Source: Octopus bimaculoides
Lineage: Eukaryota
Length of the DNA stretch: 64,000 nt
NCBI RefSeq assembly: GCF_001194135.2
Contig: NC_069004.1
Span: 1,041,610-1,105,609, forward strand
Direction of reading: 5' to 3'
Of the stretch, positions 12,952 to 24,414 are shown one piece after another. The notes below the pieces were generated by a model, which saw nothing but the letters and a program-made list of their open reading frames with translations, did not search any database and was not told where the DNA came from. The translations under genes and the position numbers were made by a program. The first letter of the stretch is position 1. Each line of letters starts with the position of its first letter.

Positions 12952-13098
12952 TTAATATAAATACATCATTGAAAGGCAAATTCACTGTGGCATTTGTCCA
13001 GAAGTAACATCTCTAATGTACAAAGCATATCCAGAAGAGATATTATCTCTGGACACATGCCACAGCAAATTTGCCTTTCAATGATGTATTTACATTAA
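12952..13098. repeat. Near-perfect inverted repeat (51-bp arms, 45-nt loop), MITE-like
   Basis: Arm 12952-13002 versus the reverse complement of 13048-13098 is 47/51 identical. Both ends are TTAA. Confidence 0.9.
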
Positions 13099-15577
13099 AT
13101 ATGACATAGAGGGAGCAATTAAGTTATGAATTTAATAATATATGTGCAGATATGATTTACAATGATATATTCTTTACAAGGATATATTATAGTTAAGAGA
13201 AATTCAAAATTTAGGTTTTTTTTTTACAAAATCAGTTAATATAGTTTGTATATGTTACATTCAAATAAACATCAGATGTATATACATACACTTTACATCC
13301 ACGCACATACAATCATACAAACACATGTATGCACACACATAACATACATACAAATGTCTACCACATGGTCCTGTAGATGCATTCACATATATGTGAATGC
13401 ACCTACATGACCATGGTGTATACACACGCATACATCACATGTATGCAAACACACACTACATTATATGCAAACACCCCCACCCACCTACATCCCACCACAC
13501 ATAAACACCCTGGCATAGAATTTCAAAAACACACACCAACACGTATACGAAAACATACTTACACATATGCACATGCAAATATACTTACACACAAATACAT
13601 TTCAGTACACACACACACACACCCTTGAATACTTATCTAAGATTTATTTCAAAACAAGATATAGCAATGAAAATTGATAATAAATAATAGAATTCGTAGA
13701 CAAAAAAGAAAAAGAAAAAAAAGGTGGGAGGAGTGGGGGAGGATGCAACACAAGGCAGACATTTTGATGTCATTCACAGTGGACCAATACTAATAACTTA
13801 CTGCAATGAAAATGGTGGACTAATTATACATTTGCACAAGTCTACCAAGGTCATAGTATAAATATAAACTTGCATCTACACATTATATTAACATATATTA
13901 CACATTACATTAGCATATATAATAATATGCTGGACCTACTGACTGTTGGGTTTCTAAGAACCAATGTTCCCTAATTGTCTAACAGATCTATGCCGGCCTT
14001 TTCAAATATGGGCAGAATTCATTCAGAAGGATTTTTACAGTTTCTTTCCATCTAATTTCACTCATCGATCTTGAGACAGCCCTGGGTTATGAAGTACCAA
14101 ACATCAGGATCAAAATTAGGACCTCCTGAATGTAAAGTAAACTTTTTTTTTTTTGTAGTAGCTCTAGAAGTGGAGATAATTATAATGACTCAACAATTTA
14201 TGCCATGCATGGTACTTGATGTATTTGTTACATTTTGTCATAGTTGACCGGCACAAACCAAGTTTATCAATGTATTTCATTTGTAGTTAGCCTACGGTTC
14301 ACTGGTTTACAGTATTATTTCCCTGACTTGTTCAACCACCACCACCACCACCATTTTTGAATACTAAATATCTTCCTACATAAAAGAGTGAACTAGTAAG
14401 GCAGTGGGAGGAGCTAATAACCTTCAGACACTCAAATATGTTGGGGTTTTTTTTTCTTCTTCTCATCAACAAAAATGATCTTTAAGCATTCCTTATGGTT
14501 GAATAAATCATTTTGCTGTGTTTTGTACAATTCTCTAAATTCAGTCATGTTTTGCTAATAAACTGAAGGGAATGTCACCATTGCCACAAATGCGTGTGAT
14601 ATTTATTCCTCACCCACAATTACGTAAGCAATATTCTAGTGTATTACATGGTGTTTTGTTAGAGGTTAGGAATATAATATGATTTTTCTTGTGAAGAGAA
14701 ATCGGTACTTCTGAGCCCTGTTTTTGCCTCTGCAGAGGACATGGAGAGTTTACCATGAGATATTGTGAAAGCTGGCCTTGTTTCCTTCAAATGTATATTT
14801 TTGTTTTTTTATTAACCTCTTCATTCCACTTGAAATCAGTCTACACTTAAGAAAGACATTTTTTGCTATTAATGATAAAAAGCAAAACAAAAAAAATCAA
14901 CCATGCTTTTATTATTGAATAAAAGAGTTATCTAATCTTCATTTGCTACCATTTCCAGCTATTTTGTTATGTCCCTTAACACTTGAAGGAAGTCCTTTGC
15001 CAGAAAAGAAATCAGAGCTCAACAAATAAATATTATATTACTAAAGAATTAACTGAATGTACAGTCTGTTGGCACAAAACTGTTTGTTATCATAAAATGT
15101 AACACTTGAAAAGTGTTATGGTACGTGATAACGTGATTATAATTTGGCATAACTCACATTATGTTATCATGTACTGCAAACACTTGAAGAGAGCTTACTG
15201 CCAAAATATCAGAACTTAAATCCGAAAATACGATGTCTATTACTCAGAAATTATGAAAACATTACAGAATCTGTCAGTGCAGCACAGTTAGTGCAATGGA
15301 ATCACCGTTTCCTTGTTGACCTTGCCTAATGATAAGTATGGAAGATCCAAGACGATAAAATAGTAAAATACGAGAAAGAACTTGATTAACGAGTCTTTTT
15401 TTCTCGAGAGAGTTTATACCTAGGATTAAATTATACAATCTTTTAAAACAGTAGGGTGTGTACAGAAGGTTGAAAGACCATGTAGAAGCTCTTTCAGAGG
15501 ACTGGATTGTTGTTTAGCTCTGAGCCAGATCTGATTGAACAGACTTTTGATCAAGGGCATTCAAACTCTGACCATCC

Positions 15578-15613
<36 letters not shown>

Positions 15614-15989
15614 GCTGGCAGAATTGTGAGCACACCTGAAAAAATGTTAAGCAGCATTTTTTCCAGTTTTACATTCTGAGTTCTGCCGAGGTTGACTTTG
15701 CCTTTCATTCTTTCGGGGTCCATAAAATAAATACCAGTTGAGTACTGGGGGTCAATGTAATCAACTAACCCGCTTTCCTCAAATTTCAGCCCTTGTGCCT
15801 ATTGTAGAAAGGATTATTATAACAGGGCCTGTCAGTGAGCAAAACAGTTGTGAGCAAAGGGCAGAGTCATTAGAATAAGGGAGAGATTTTGCTTTGCAGT
15901 ATTCGTTGGGACTGTCGGGGCTCAGAATTCGTGTCCTGCTGGGGTCAGTTTCACTATTTCATCTGGGCAGAGGAGAAGACCCAGAAGGA

Positions 15990-16225
15990 TTGCAGGGGGG
16001 GAAAAAATGTGGTGGGGACAAGAAGCAACTCCAGAGAGGTGCAAGAAAAGGATGGCCAGATAAGAGATTCCCAAAAGATTGTGGGGTGGAAGAGGACTGG
16101 ACTAAGAAGGGTAGGATCTGAGATGCACAGCCAGGGGGAGGAGGACAGGGTGAATCAGATAAGGTCTGGGTGGAGGGGTTATACAGCTAGCTAGTTCAGA
16201 GAAGAGGTCGTTGGGGTCAGTGTGA
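15990..16225 (-). mobile_element. Degenerate 3' end of a CR1/L2-like LINE ORF2
   Basis: Minus-strand peptide ...FSELASCITPPPRP...HP..VQ...LW resembles the CR1/L2 ORF2 C-terminus (SELAxCxPPP). Recognised by pattern only. Confidence 0.45.
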
Positions 16226-16531
16226 ATGTGCAAGTGTAGCAGTAGTGGTGGTGGTGGGGCAAACTTTAATTTAAAACCTCCCTCCCTCCACCATTTCAGT
16301 TCATTAAGTAGAAAAATAAATAAATAAAACAAAAGCAAACAGACATTACCTGTATTAATTAATAATAATAATAATAATAATATAACAGTTACAACAACTA
16401 CAGAGCACACAGTATATATACATATATAATATGCACACACAAATATATACAGCATCAGAAGCTGGCATCATTCAATTGCTGTCTTCAGGCAGCAGTAGCA
16501 GCAGCATCATCTAACTGAGCATTAGGCCTAC

Positions 16532-16652
16532 CTGATCTGCGAGCATCGGCTATTGTTTCAGCAGATGCTTTACTCATAACTTTAACCACATACAGTGGGC
16601 AGTTGGCCTGGTTGGCGATGGTGAGTGCACGTTGTACAGCTTCTTTTTCAAC
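16532..16652 (-). CDS. DPYS: Mutually exclusive exon B (CRMP type, Lys): [41 protein letters not shown]
   Basis: 121 nt, phase 0 to 1. Acceptor attgtag|GTT, donor G|gtaggc. Open frame, 24/40 aa identical to exon A, with His replaced by Lys. Not in the ORF track. Confidence 0.93.
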
Positions 16653-16935
16653 CTACAATATGAATGTCCCTTGTGAAAGCAGGATATATCGAACAGAAAA
16701 GTACACAGCCCCACACACACACACACACATACACATGTGTGTGTGTGTGTGTGCGTGCGTGTGTGTACAAATAGGAAGAGAGGAAAGAAGAAAGAGCATT
16801 TATTGAAACAAAATTATGTAAATTGCAAGAGAAACAATAGTAAAAGTGAGTAGCAGAAATTATTTCAGATCAAATTTAAAGGTTTAGATCAAATTTTAAA
16901 CGATTCAAAACAGGTTTTTCTTGGGGTTGTAATTA

Positions 16936-16971
<36 letters not shown>

Positions 16972-17972
16972 AGAAATTACACAAGAAAGGAAAAACATCT
17001 ATGGTTGATGTGAGCATGTATGTATTGATGTGTATGTGTGTACCTATCTATTTAATAAATAGACACTGTGGCTTAACCATAGAGTCTAAACAGGGAAGGT
17101 GAATATATATATATATATATAGGGTATGAGGGGGTTTAGTTCACTGGTGATCTAAATGAATAGGTACACTGAGTAAGTACCTTGGTTTTATGTCCTTTTC
17201 ATCTGTATGTGTGTACATATGATATTTTCAATTTTTTTTTTTACATTAGTAATAATAACAATAATTTCAGCAGAGATGACAGTCAGATAAGCCATGTTTA
17301 AATTAATAAGAAAAATAGAATATTTTTTACTACTATATCTACTATTGTCAGCTGGTACAATAAACATAAATTGCTGAAAAAAATAAATAACAGAAAACCC
17401 GGTTTATCAGGGTTAAGAGATTAGAGTCAAGGTTTATAAACAAGGTGGAAAAAGATTGATAAAAAAGATCATCATCACTCTAGCCACCACCACCACCATA
17501 AACTTTGAAACTAGAAAATTACTTGCACCAAATTAAAACATTAAAAGTGTCTGAAAAACTGTTCACTATTTCACCAATTATTATTTGGTTTTAAAAACAA
17601 AAATTGAAGGATGTATCTTAAAAAAAAAAATCTTCCCCATCTTTTCCAAGACAATATTTGGACTTCCTTAATTTTTAACATCTCACTTTTTATGCTTGCA
17701 TGAATTAGACAGCATTTGTTGAGGCAGATTCTTCATTGGCTTGAAATCAATCCTTCCCATCATCATTTGATGTCCACTTTTCCATGCTTGCAAGGCCCAG
17801 ATGAAATCTGCTGAGGCAAATTTTCTATGGCTGGATGCCCTTCCTGTTGCCAACACTCATCTGTTTCCAAGCAAGGTAATATTTACCATGGCCAGACATA
17901 TTTTTAGAGAAGACGGGAAACATATTTACAACCACCATGTGATATCAGGACAAGAGTCCACACATACATATA

Positions 17973-18197
17973 CAGTGGAACCTTGACGTATGAACACAGA
18001 AACAGGCAACAACAGTTGGCGACAAGCAGGGAGTATCAGCAGGAAGAGAGTGTCGGTTGCTGTTTGGGTTTTGCTCAGGGCACATTCCAGGCTTTCTCTT
18101 GAATTTCCTGACGAGAAAAATAGTTTTAGTTTACAAACATTTCGGGTGACAAACGACCTTCAGGAACAAATTGAATTCATATATCGAGGTTCCACTC
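17973..18197. mobile_element. Tigger/pogo-like MITE
   Basis: TA|cagtggaaccttgacgtatgaa ... ttcatatatcgaggttccactc gives about 22-nt imperfect terminal inverted repeats. Confidence 0.75.
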
Positions 18198-18482
18198 TCT
18201 ATTTATTTATGATGGGGCTTCTTTCAGTTTTCATCAACCAAATCTACTCACAAGGCTTTGGTTTGCCTGGAATGAAGACATTTACCCAATGTGCCATGAA
18301 GAGGGACCAAATCTGAGACCACATAGGAAGCAATGCCTGCACTTATAAAGTGGTAAAATAGGAAAGATGGGGGGGAATTGGTGAAAATTGTGAAATTAAT
18401 TTTCTTTCTGAAATTTTGTTTGGAAAAAAAAAATTGTGCAACAAATTTTCTAGTGATCAAATTCTCAAGTCATAGGACAGAC

Positions 18483-18603
18483 CTTCCTTCCGTGCCAATG
18501 AAACACTATCAGCAGCAGTCTTGCTCATTACATGAACAACATAGAGGGGGCAGTTAGCCTGATCGGCAATCATAATCGCTCGGTCTGTTGCTTCAACTTC
18601 CAC
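18483..18603 (-). CDS. DPYS: Mutually exclusive exon A (DHPase type, His): [41 protein letters not shown]
   Basis: 121 nt, phase 0 to 1. Acceptor ttttctacaag|GTG, donor G|gtctgt. Keeps the Zn-ligand His in VVHVMSK. Confidence 0.95.
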
Positions 18604-19699
18604 CTTGTAGAAAATTGAAAAACAAAAATAAAGAAAAGAGGCATGCAAATGCAACAAAGCCACAAAACATTCAGCGATGAACAAAATAAAATGGAAAACA
18701 AAAGGTGACATAAAGTGATAAACATAGCAAACACAGGTGCACAGAGGTGGAAGCATCTATATGTATGTATATATGTTGGGTAACTGATGATGTGTGGCAT
18801 GACTGCATAATATCTATACACGCTATGTAATCCTTTCAGCAGTTTACTGAAACATGCATATGTTCTGTAAAGCTCTGAATACCATACCTGTTTTCTGCAT
18901 ATGATTTCTCTATGTATAAAATTTAATTGGTATTCATATATAAACACTTTGAGTTCTCAAAATAATGGAAGTTTTTGTGAAGAAAATTTTAGGCTTTTAA
19001 GTTTCATTGCAGATTCTCACGACAATCCCATGCCATTATCCAATCCTACTCTGCCACAGTCCAGTACTAGATTATCATTGTCCAAGACTAGTTTATTATT
19101 GTCTATACTAGATTACAACTGTTCACTCACAGAATAGCATTGTGTAATCTCAGAGTTCCTATAAAGTGATTGTGTTCAGATGAGACAAAATGAAACTACA
19201 AGAGCTGATGACTGAATACCGAAACACCATCATACCCCCCCCCCCACTCTTCCTTCTTTCGTCACAAAGGTCAAAGCTGTGATTCCTCAGTTGTTGCTCT
19301 TGTACAGCTCTTCTTCAGAACTGTAGTTTTTAGTGAGCAGCATTTCAAAAGTGAAGAAACGAATATATATCTACTGAATTTAATGATTTACAAGGAGTCC
19401 CGTTACCTTCCATAATTTTCAGATCTTTATCTAAATTATTTTTCTTTTAATTGCCAAGATTTTAAAACCCATACCAACGCTATCTGAGGGTTAAAAGAAA
19501 AGATACTGCTTCTTGGAAGTTAATCATCTTTATCAATACTTAAAACATAAAAATCTTTTGAGAGACTTCTCAGATATTGCAAGAAAATATTACTAGCAAT
19601 AATCCACCCTGATAGACATCAAGGGTGGATTTTAAAAACTGCAATGTTGAGGTGGAATATTTTGAATAGTGATTTGGAGTTGGAGCCTCAGTTCAATGT

Positions 19700-20075
19700 T
19701 GTCTACAACCTTGTTTTGGCAACTCTTGCGATGATGCTAGTTGTGCTGTTCCTTTGGTTCCATCAGTGACTTGGAGGAGCAGGGATATGCTGCATGGGCA
19801 ACAACCGGTGCTTCACACCATACTGCCTAGGTTAGTCCACATTACCCTGTAGGGAGCACAGAGCTGGTTTCCTGGTTTCTCTGGCATATATATCCCTCTC
19901 TGGAAATGGCAACAGTCATTCACAGGGTCACTCATTTTTGTCAGCTGAGTGGACTGGAGTAACATGAAATGAAGCATTTTGCTCAAGAACACAACACATT
20001 GCCTGGTCCAGGAAATGAAACCACAATCTTATGATCGTGAGTCCAACACCCTAACCTCTAAGCCATGTGCCTCCA
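19700..20075 (-). mobile_element. tRNA-derived SINE (family D here)
   Basis: Head gtggaggcacatggcttagaggttagggtgttggactc...ggtttcatttcc followed by gtgttcttgagcaaaatgcttcatttc. Related copies near 6310-6535, 23820-23960, 27195-27320 and 30187-30340. Confidence 0.75.
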
Positions 20076-21027
20076 CTGCCTCAGATTGGCTCCTATCAAA
20101 CACTCTACACTGGACAGACAGAACTGATCGACACAATGAAGAGCAAGGCCTACAATCTGAGAATGATTTCCTCCCAACAGTGTTGGAGGTCTTGAAAGAC
20201 ACCATGGGTGATGCAGGGCTTTCTTTTCTGACTCAGCAAATAAAAACATAAGACACTCAGTCAAAAAACTCAAATAGCCTGGCTTTAAAACTAGGGGTGA
20301 TAACAGATTCCTGAGGGGTTCCTGAGAGTTTACTAGGGAAAAGGATTTAGCTGGCATGCTTATGGGATATACTTAAACAGTATGGAGGTAGTTGCTTATG
20401 TACCTTGCTTTGTAATGACCATACGAAGAAGGTCAATTGGACAAATGAGTTCCAAGCAGTGGCTGGAGACATTTGTCATGCCGAGTGCAAGTGCACTGGA
20501 GAGAAAAAAAAAAAATAATAAAAGCAAGACGAAGGCCAGAGTAGGTGTTAAAATCTGCTACACAAGTAGAAACACAACAAAAATGGATGGTGCATGCTTG
20601 GTTAAAAACTTAAGGGTTACAAAACACAAATGAATATGCTGTGTGGTAAACAGACCACTAGAATTCACCTCAGATTGAGAAAAGTGGATGTTAAAACCAA
20701 TAACAATGGCAGCAATGAAGATGATGATGAAATGTGTTGTTGGAGATAAGGAAATGTGGTGAAATATTTTTAACAAAACAAATTGGTGATTCAGTATTGA
20801 TTTCTGGCAAAAATTATTTTTTTTTTAGCATTAATACTTAACTTTTAAAAATAATGAATTTGGAGGGATTTAGTAAAATAACCAACTTTTCCATTCATTG
20901 GGATATTAAGCTGGTGTTTGGGATATCACAGAATATTCTTAGATGCAAATTATGGTGGAAGGCATTTAATTTGAATATAAATAAATTTTTAAAACTCCAG
21001 TTTTGTATCAAAGAACCAGAAGCAGTA

Positions 21028-21393
21028 CAAGTGCCCCATTGTATGATAATTTGCTGTAAGAGCTGAGACTTGTGCAAATTTTTGTCTTGAAGTACGAGCG
21101 GAAATCTGGAGTACGAGCACACAAATCGTCCCATCTTTAAGGTGATTCAGTTAATAAAACCAGTTTACATATGTCTTTTGCATTCTCTTTCTTTATAATT
21201 GTCATTTCAATTGTAACTACACCTTTTCTGTTTTAAAACCCATAAAAAATTATTTTGAGTGGTTTTTAGGGGCTGGAACAGATTAATTATATTTTAGTTA
21301 ATTTCAATGGGGAAAATTGATTTGTAAAACGAGTAAATCACAAGACGAATTCAGTCATGGAATGAATTAAAATCGTACTGTGAGGTAACTCTG
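21028..21393. mobile_element. Tigger/pogo-like non-autonomous element
   Basis: TA-flanked, and ends ...ggggctggaacagattaat...caatggggaaaattgatt...gaattaaaatcgtactgtgaggtaactctg|ta. Confidence 0.6.
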
Positions 21394-22464
21394 TATTAGC
21401 TTGCTTGTAAATAGGTGAAGGGCATCCAGCCATAGAAAGTCTGCCTCAATAAACCTCACCTGACCCATGTAAACATGGAAATGTGGACACTAAATAATGG
21501 TGATGATGATTCACTGGCACATTTTAATCAGTGTACTTAATAAATACTGGTTTCTTAGATTACAGCAGATGACCACATATTAAAGGGTGAGTGGCATGGC
21601 TGGCTGGTTGGCAAGACTGACTTGGATCTATGACATATACATTTTATAGACTCTTGGAGAGGCAAAAGACAAAGATGATCTGGGTGGAATTTGATCTGAG
21701 TGAAGAAGGATGAAACAGAAATGGAACAAGACCTCTTCTTCTCATTCCACAGCCTTAATACCATTCTCGAAGAGTGTTACACCAGCCAGACATTCTAACT
21801 ATGAGTACGTATTTTGTTTGTTTTTATTTATTGTATTTTAGTATTGGTTTTTATGGGGTGGTGTGGGGGAGAAGAGCAATAATAAAATTAGTTATAGTAC
21901 CATTTTGTTAGCCTCAAGGATTTCAGCATTAACAGGATGAGATTTAAAGATTCTCAAGAGATTAGTGTTGTAACTAAGAAACACACACACACAGCCAATC
22001 AATAAAAGAGCCGCGTTTAAGCATTTGGAAACAAAAGTGCTTTGAGTGAAGAAGAAGAAGAAAAAAAAAAGGCACCAAGGTGTTGTAGCTTGCTTTGAAG
22101 TATTGTGAGGAAAAAATGAAATAAAATAATGAACGTGAAAAGTCTAAAGTTTAATAACCATCATATTTCCAGTACAAAGGTCCATCATCAAGAGCAAACA
22201 GTCAAGAGGTGTTAGTCTATACAGTAACAACTCTGATGGTGGGAGCAATGGGCAACCGTCAGCACCACCAGCCTCAATACAGGTAGTTCTATCACAGCTT
22301 CTACCAGCAACTTACCATTGCTCTCACTGTGATCTGTGGCCACCCTTTTGGGTATGGCTACTGCTGCTGCTACTATGATTGCCCATTGCAACCACCACTA
22401 CTCACAGGGACACTGCAGGGGTTGCTGCCTTCACAGCGATCAACATGACTGGTTCTGTATAGAT

Positions 22465-22612
22465 TAGGCATGGGCAACCTTTTTCAAGAACTGAGCCACA
22501 CAAGACATGGCTTAGCATCAGGAAGGCTGCACTATTAACAAAAATCCAAGGTCGTTTTTTGGTTAGGTTTGTCATTCAGAAAGATTCATGGACCACAGGT
22601 TGTCCATGACTA
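22465..22612. mobile_element. hAT-type MITE
   Basis: TIRs taggcatgggcaacct / aggttgtccatgacta (14/16 match). TSD not preserved. Confidence 0.6.
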
Positions 22613-22625
22613 ACACGCTATGGAC

Positions 22626-22883
22626 CAGTGGTTCTCAATAGGGGTCCACATGACCTTTAGGGGGTCAAAACAAGATTCTATTGTTAATATTTTTCTGCAA
22701 TAAATTGATTATACTTCTACGGCACACAAAATATTTTAATGTTTTTTTTTTATTACAATTCCCAATAATAATTAATTATGATAATATAAAAGGAGTTTTT
22801 AAATGTGGAATGGTTATTAGGGTCCACCTGAGTAGAATGGAGATCAAACAGGTCCTTAGGTAAGAAATGGTTGAGAAGCATTG
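22626..22883. mobile_element. hAT-Charlie-like MITE
   Basis: TIRs cagtggttctcaa / ttgagaagcattg. Flanks ctatggac / gtctagac (5/8 match; gtctagac fits the Charlie target consensus). Confidence 0.7.
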
Positions 22884-24345
22884 GTCTAGACCAACGCTTC
22901 CTGACTGTTTACTTCTGATGATGGGAATTTGTGCCTGAAAATCATGAAGGTTATTAAGCACACCATGTGAAAACTATAAAGTCTAGTGTGCAGTAGTGAT
23001 GGTGATGATGATGATAGTAACAAATGAATATATTACCAATTATAATGAATTACGAGAAAAAAATACAAACATAGATATAAAAAAAAAAAACAAATTAACT
23101 TCAAGAAAAAAAAAAGGTAACAGATGATAAATTACAAGAAGTAGAGTAAATTTTAAGACAAATTCATTGAAAAGATTAATTAACATCAAATATTTAAATA
23201 TCTTGTTTGGAATGATTGGAGATGAAAAATATCAAGAAATTTTAGCTTAATGACATCGTTAAATAATACTAATGCGGGTTATATATAAATAAATGAATCT
23301 GTTAGAATTTCTGATAATGAGCTTTCGGTTGTTTAAATCAACTGAGTCTGTATCTCACAGACCCATGCAACCTTAACGTAATCTTCAGATGGAGTCGGCA
23401 TGCCAGAGTGACAAGGCAGGACTTTTGGATTACGAGTGGAATCCTACAATCTATCAGATGAGATTCCATACAGCTTCCACTTAGCTGATCTTACTTGGAA
23501 GGCTTGGATGGACCCTGTTGCAATGGTAAAAGGAACTCACAAAGATGCCATGCAGAGGGGTTGAAGCCTTGTCCTGGTGATTACAAAACAAACATCTTAA
23601 CCAGTTGGCCATCTACTACAATTCCTGTTAGCATAATTGAATACTTCTGTCAAGGCTTTCTCTCTATCCCTCATTTTCATAATTTGGAACTGTGAGTTTT
23701 CCTCGACTTTTTAGACCTAAATACACGCATGACAGCAGCCATTTCATTTAAGCTTTTGAGTAAGATTGAGAAAATGGAAACTGAGGAGACTATGGTTTCT
23801 TACTTTCAAGAGAAGGGTGTTATCCCTAAAAGAATATAGATTCATGATGGTAGTTTTGATTCCTGGACTAAACAGTAAGTTGTGTTCTTGGGTGAAACAC
23901 TTCATTTGACATTGCACTAGTCCACTCTACTGGCAAAAATAGACACTCCTGCAATGGACCAGCATACATAAAATACTATAGTGGTCAGGGAATAATTAAT
24001 GATTCTAACACAGGTGCAAGGGCACAAATTTTGTTGGGGACAGGACATAGTCAACGACATCTCTGCCCCATCGTCCATCATCAGTACTTTATTTCGCCAG
24101 CCATGGAAGGATGACAGGCGAAACTAATATCAATGTGATTTAGATTCAGAACATAAATGGTTATGACAAAATACCATGAAGTATTTTGTCTGGTTCTTTC
24201 TCCATTCCTGTCACTTATTATCCTTGCTTTTAGAGTTTAATTGAAAAATACCAAATTGAAGTTCTTTGATATTTTTCATTGAAAAGAAAAGAAAATTTGC
24301 CAAAATATTTAGAGAGAGATTTTAAAATGAAGACAGATGACTTAC

Positions 24346-24414
24346 CTCTTCAGGTCGACACATTTCATGTCCTTCTGGCCCTGTGATACCCATAGCGATC
24401 AATTCCTTAGATTT
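24346..24414 (-). CDS. DPYS: DPYS/CRMP exon (69 nt): [23 protein letters not shown]
   Basis: ttacag|AAA ... GAG|gtaag. Phase 0 to 0. Contains the GITGPEGH motif. Confidence 0.96.

Noticed and set aside
22172-22282. Plus-strand AG...GT segment with one open frame (QRSIIKSKQSRG...PPASIQ)
   Set aside because: Isolated, with no partner exons or homology.
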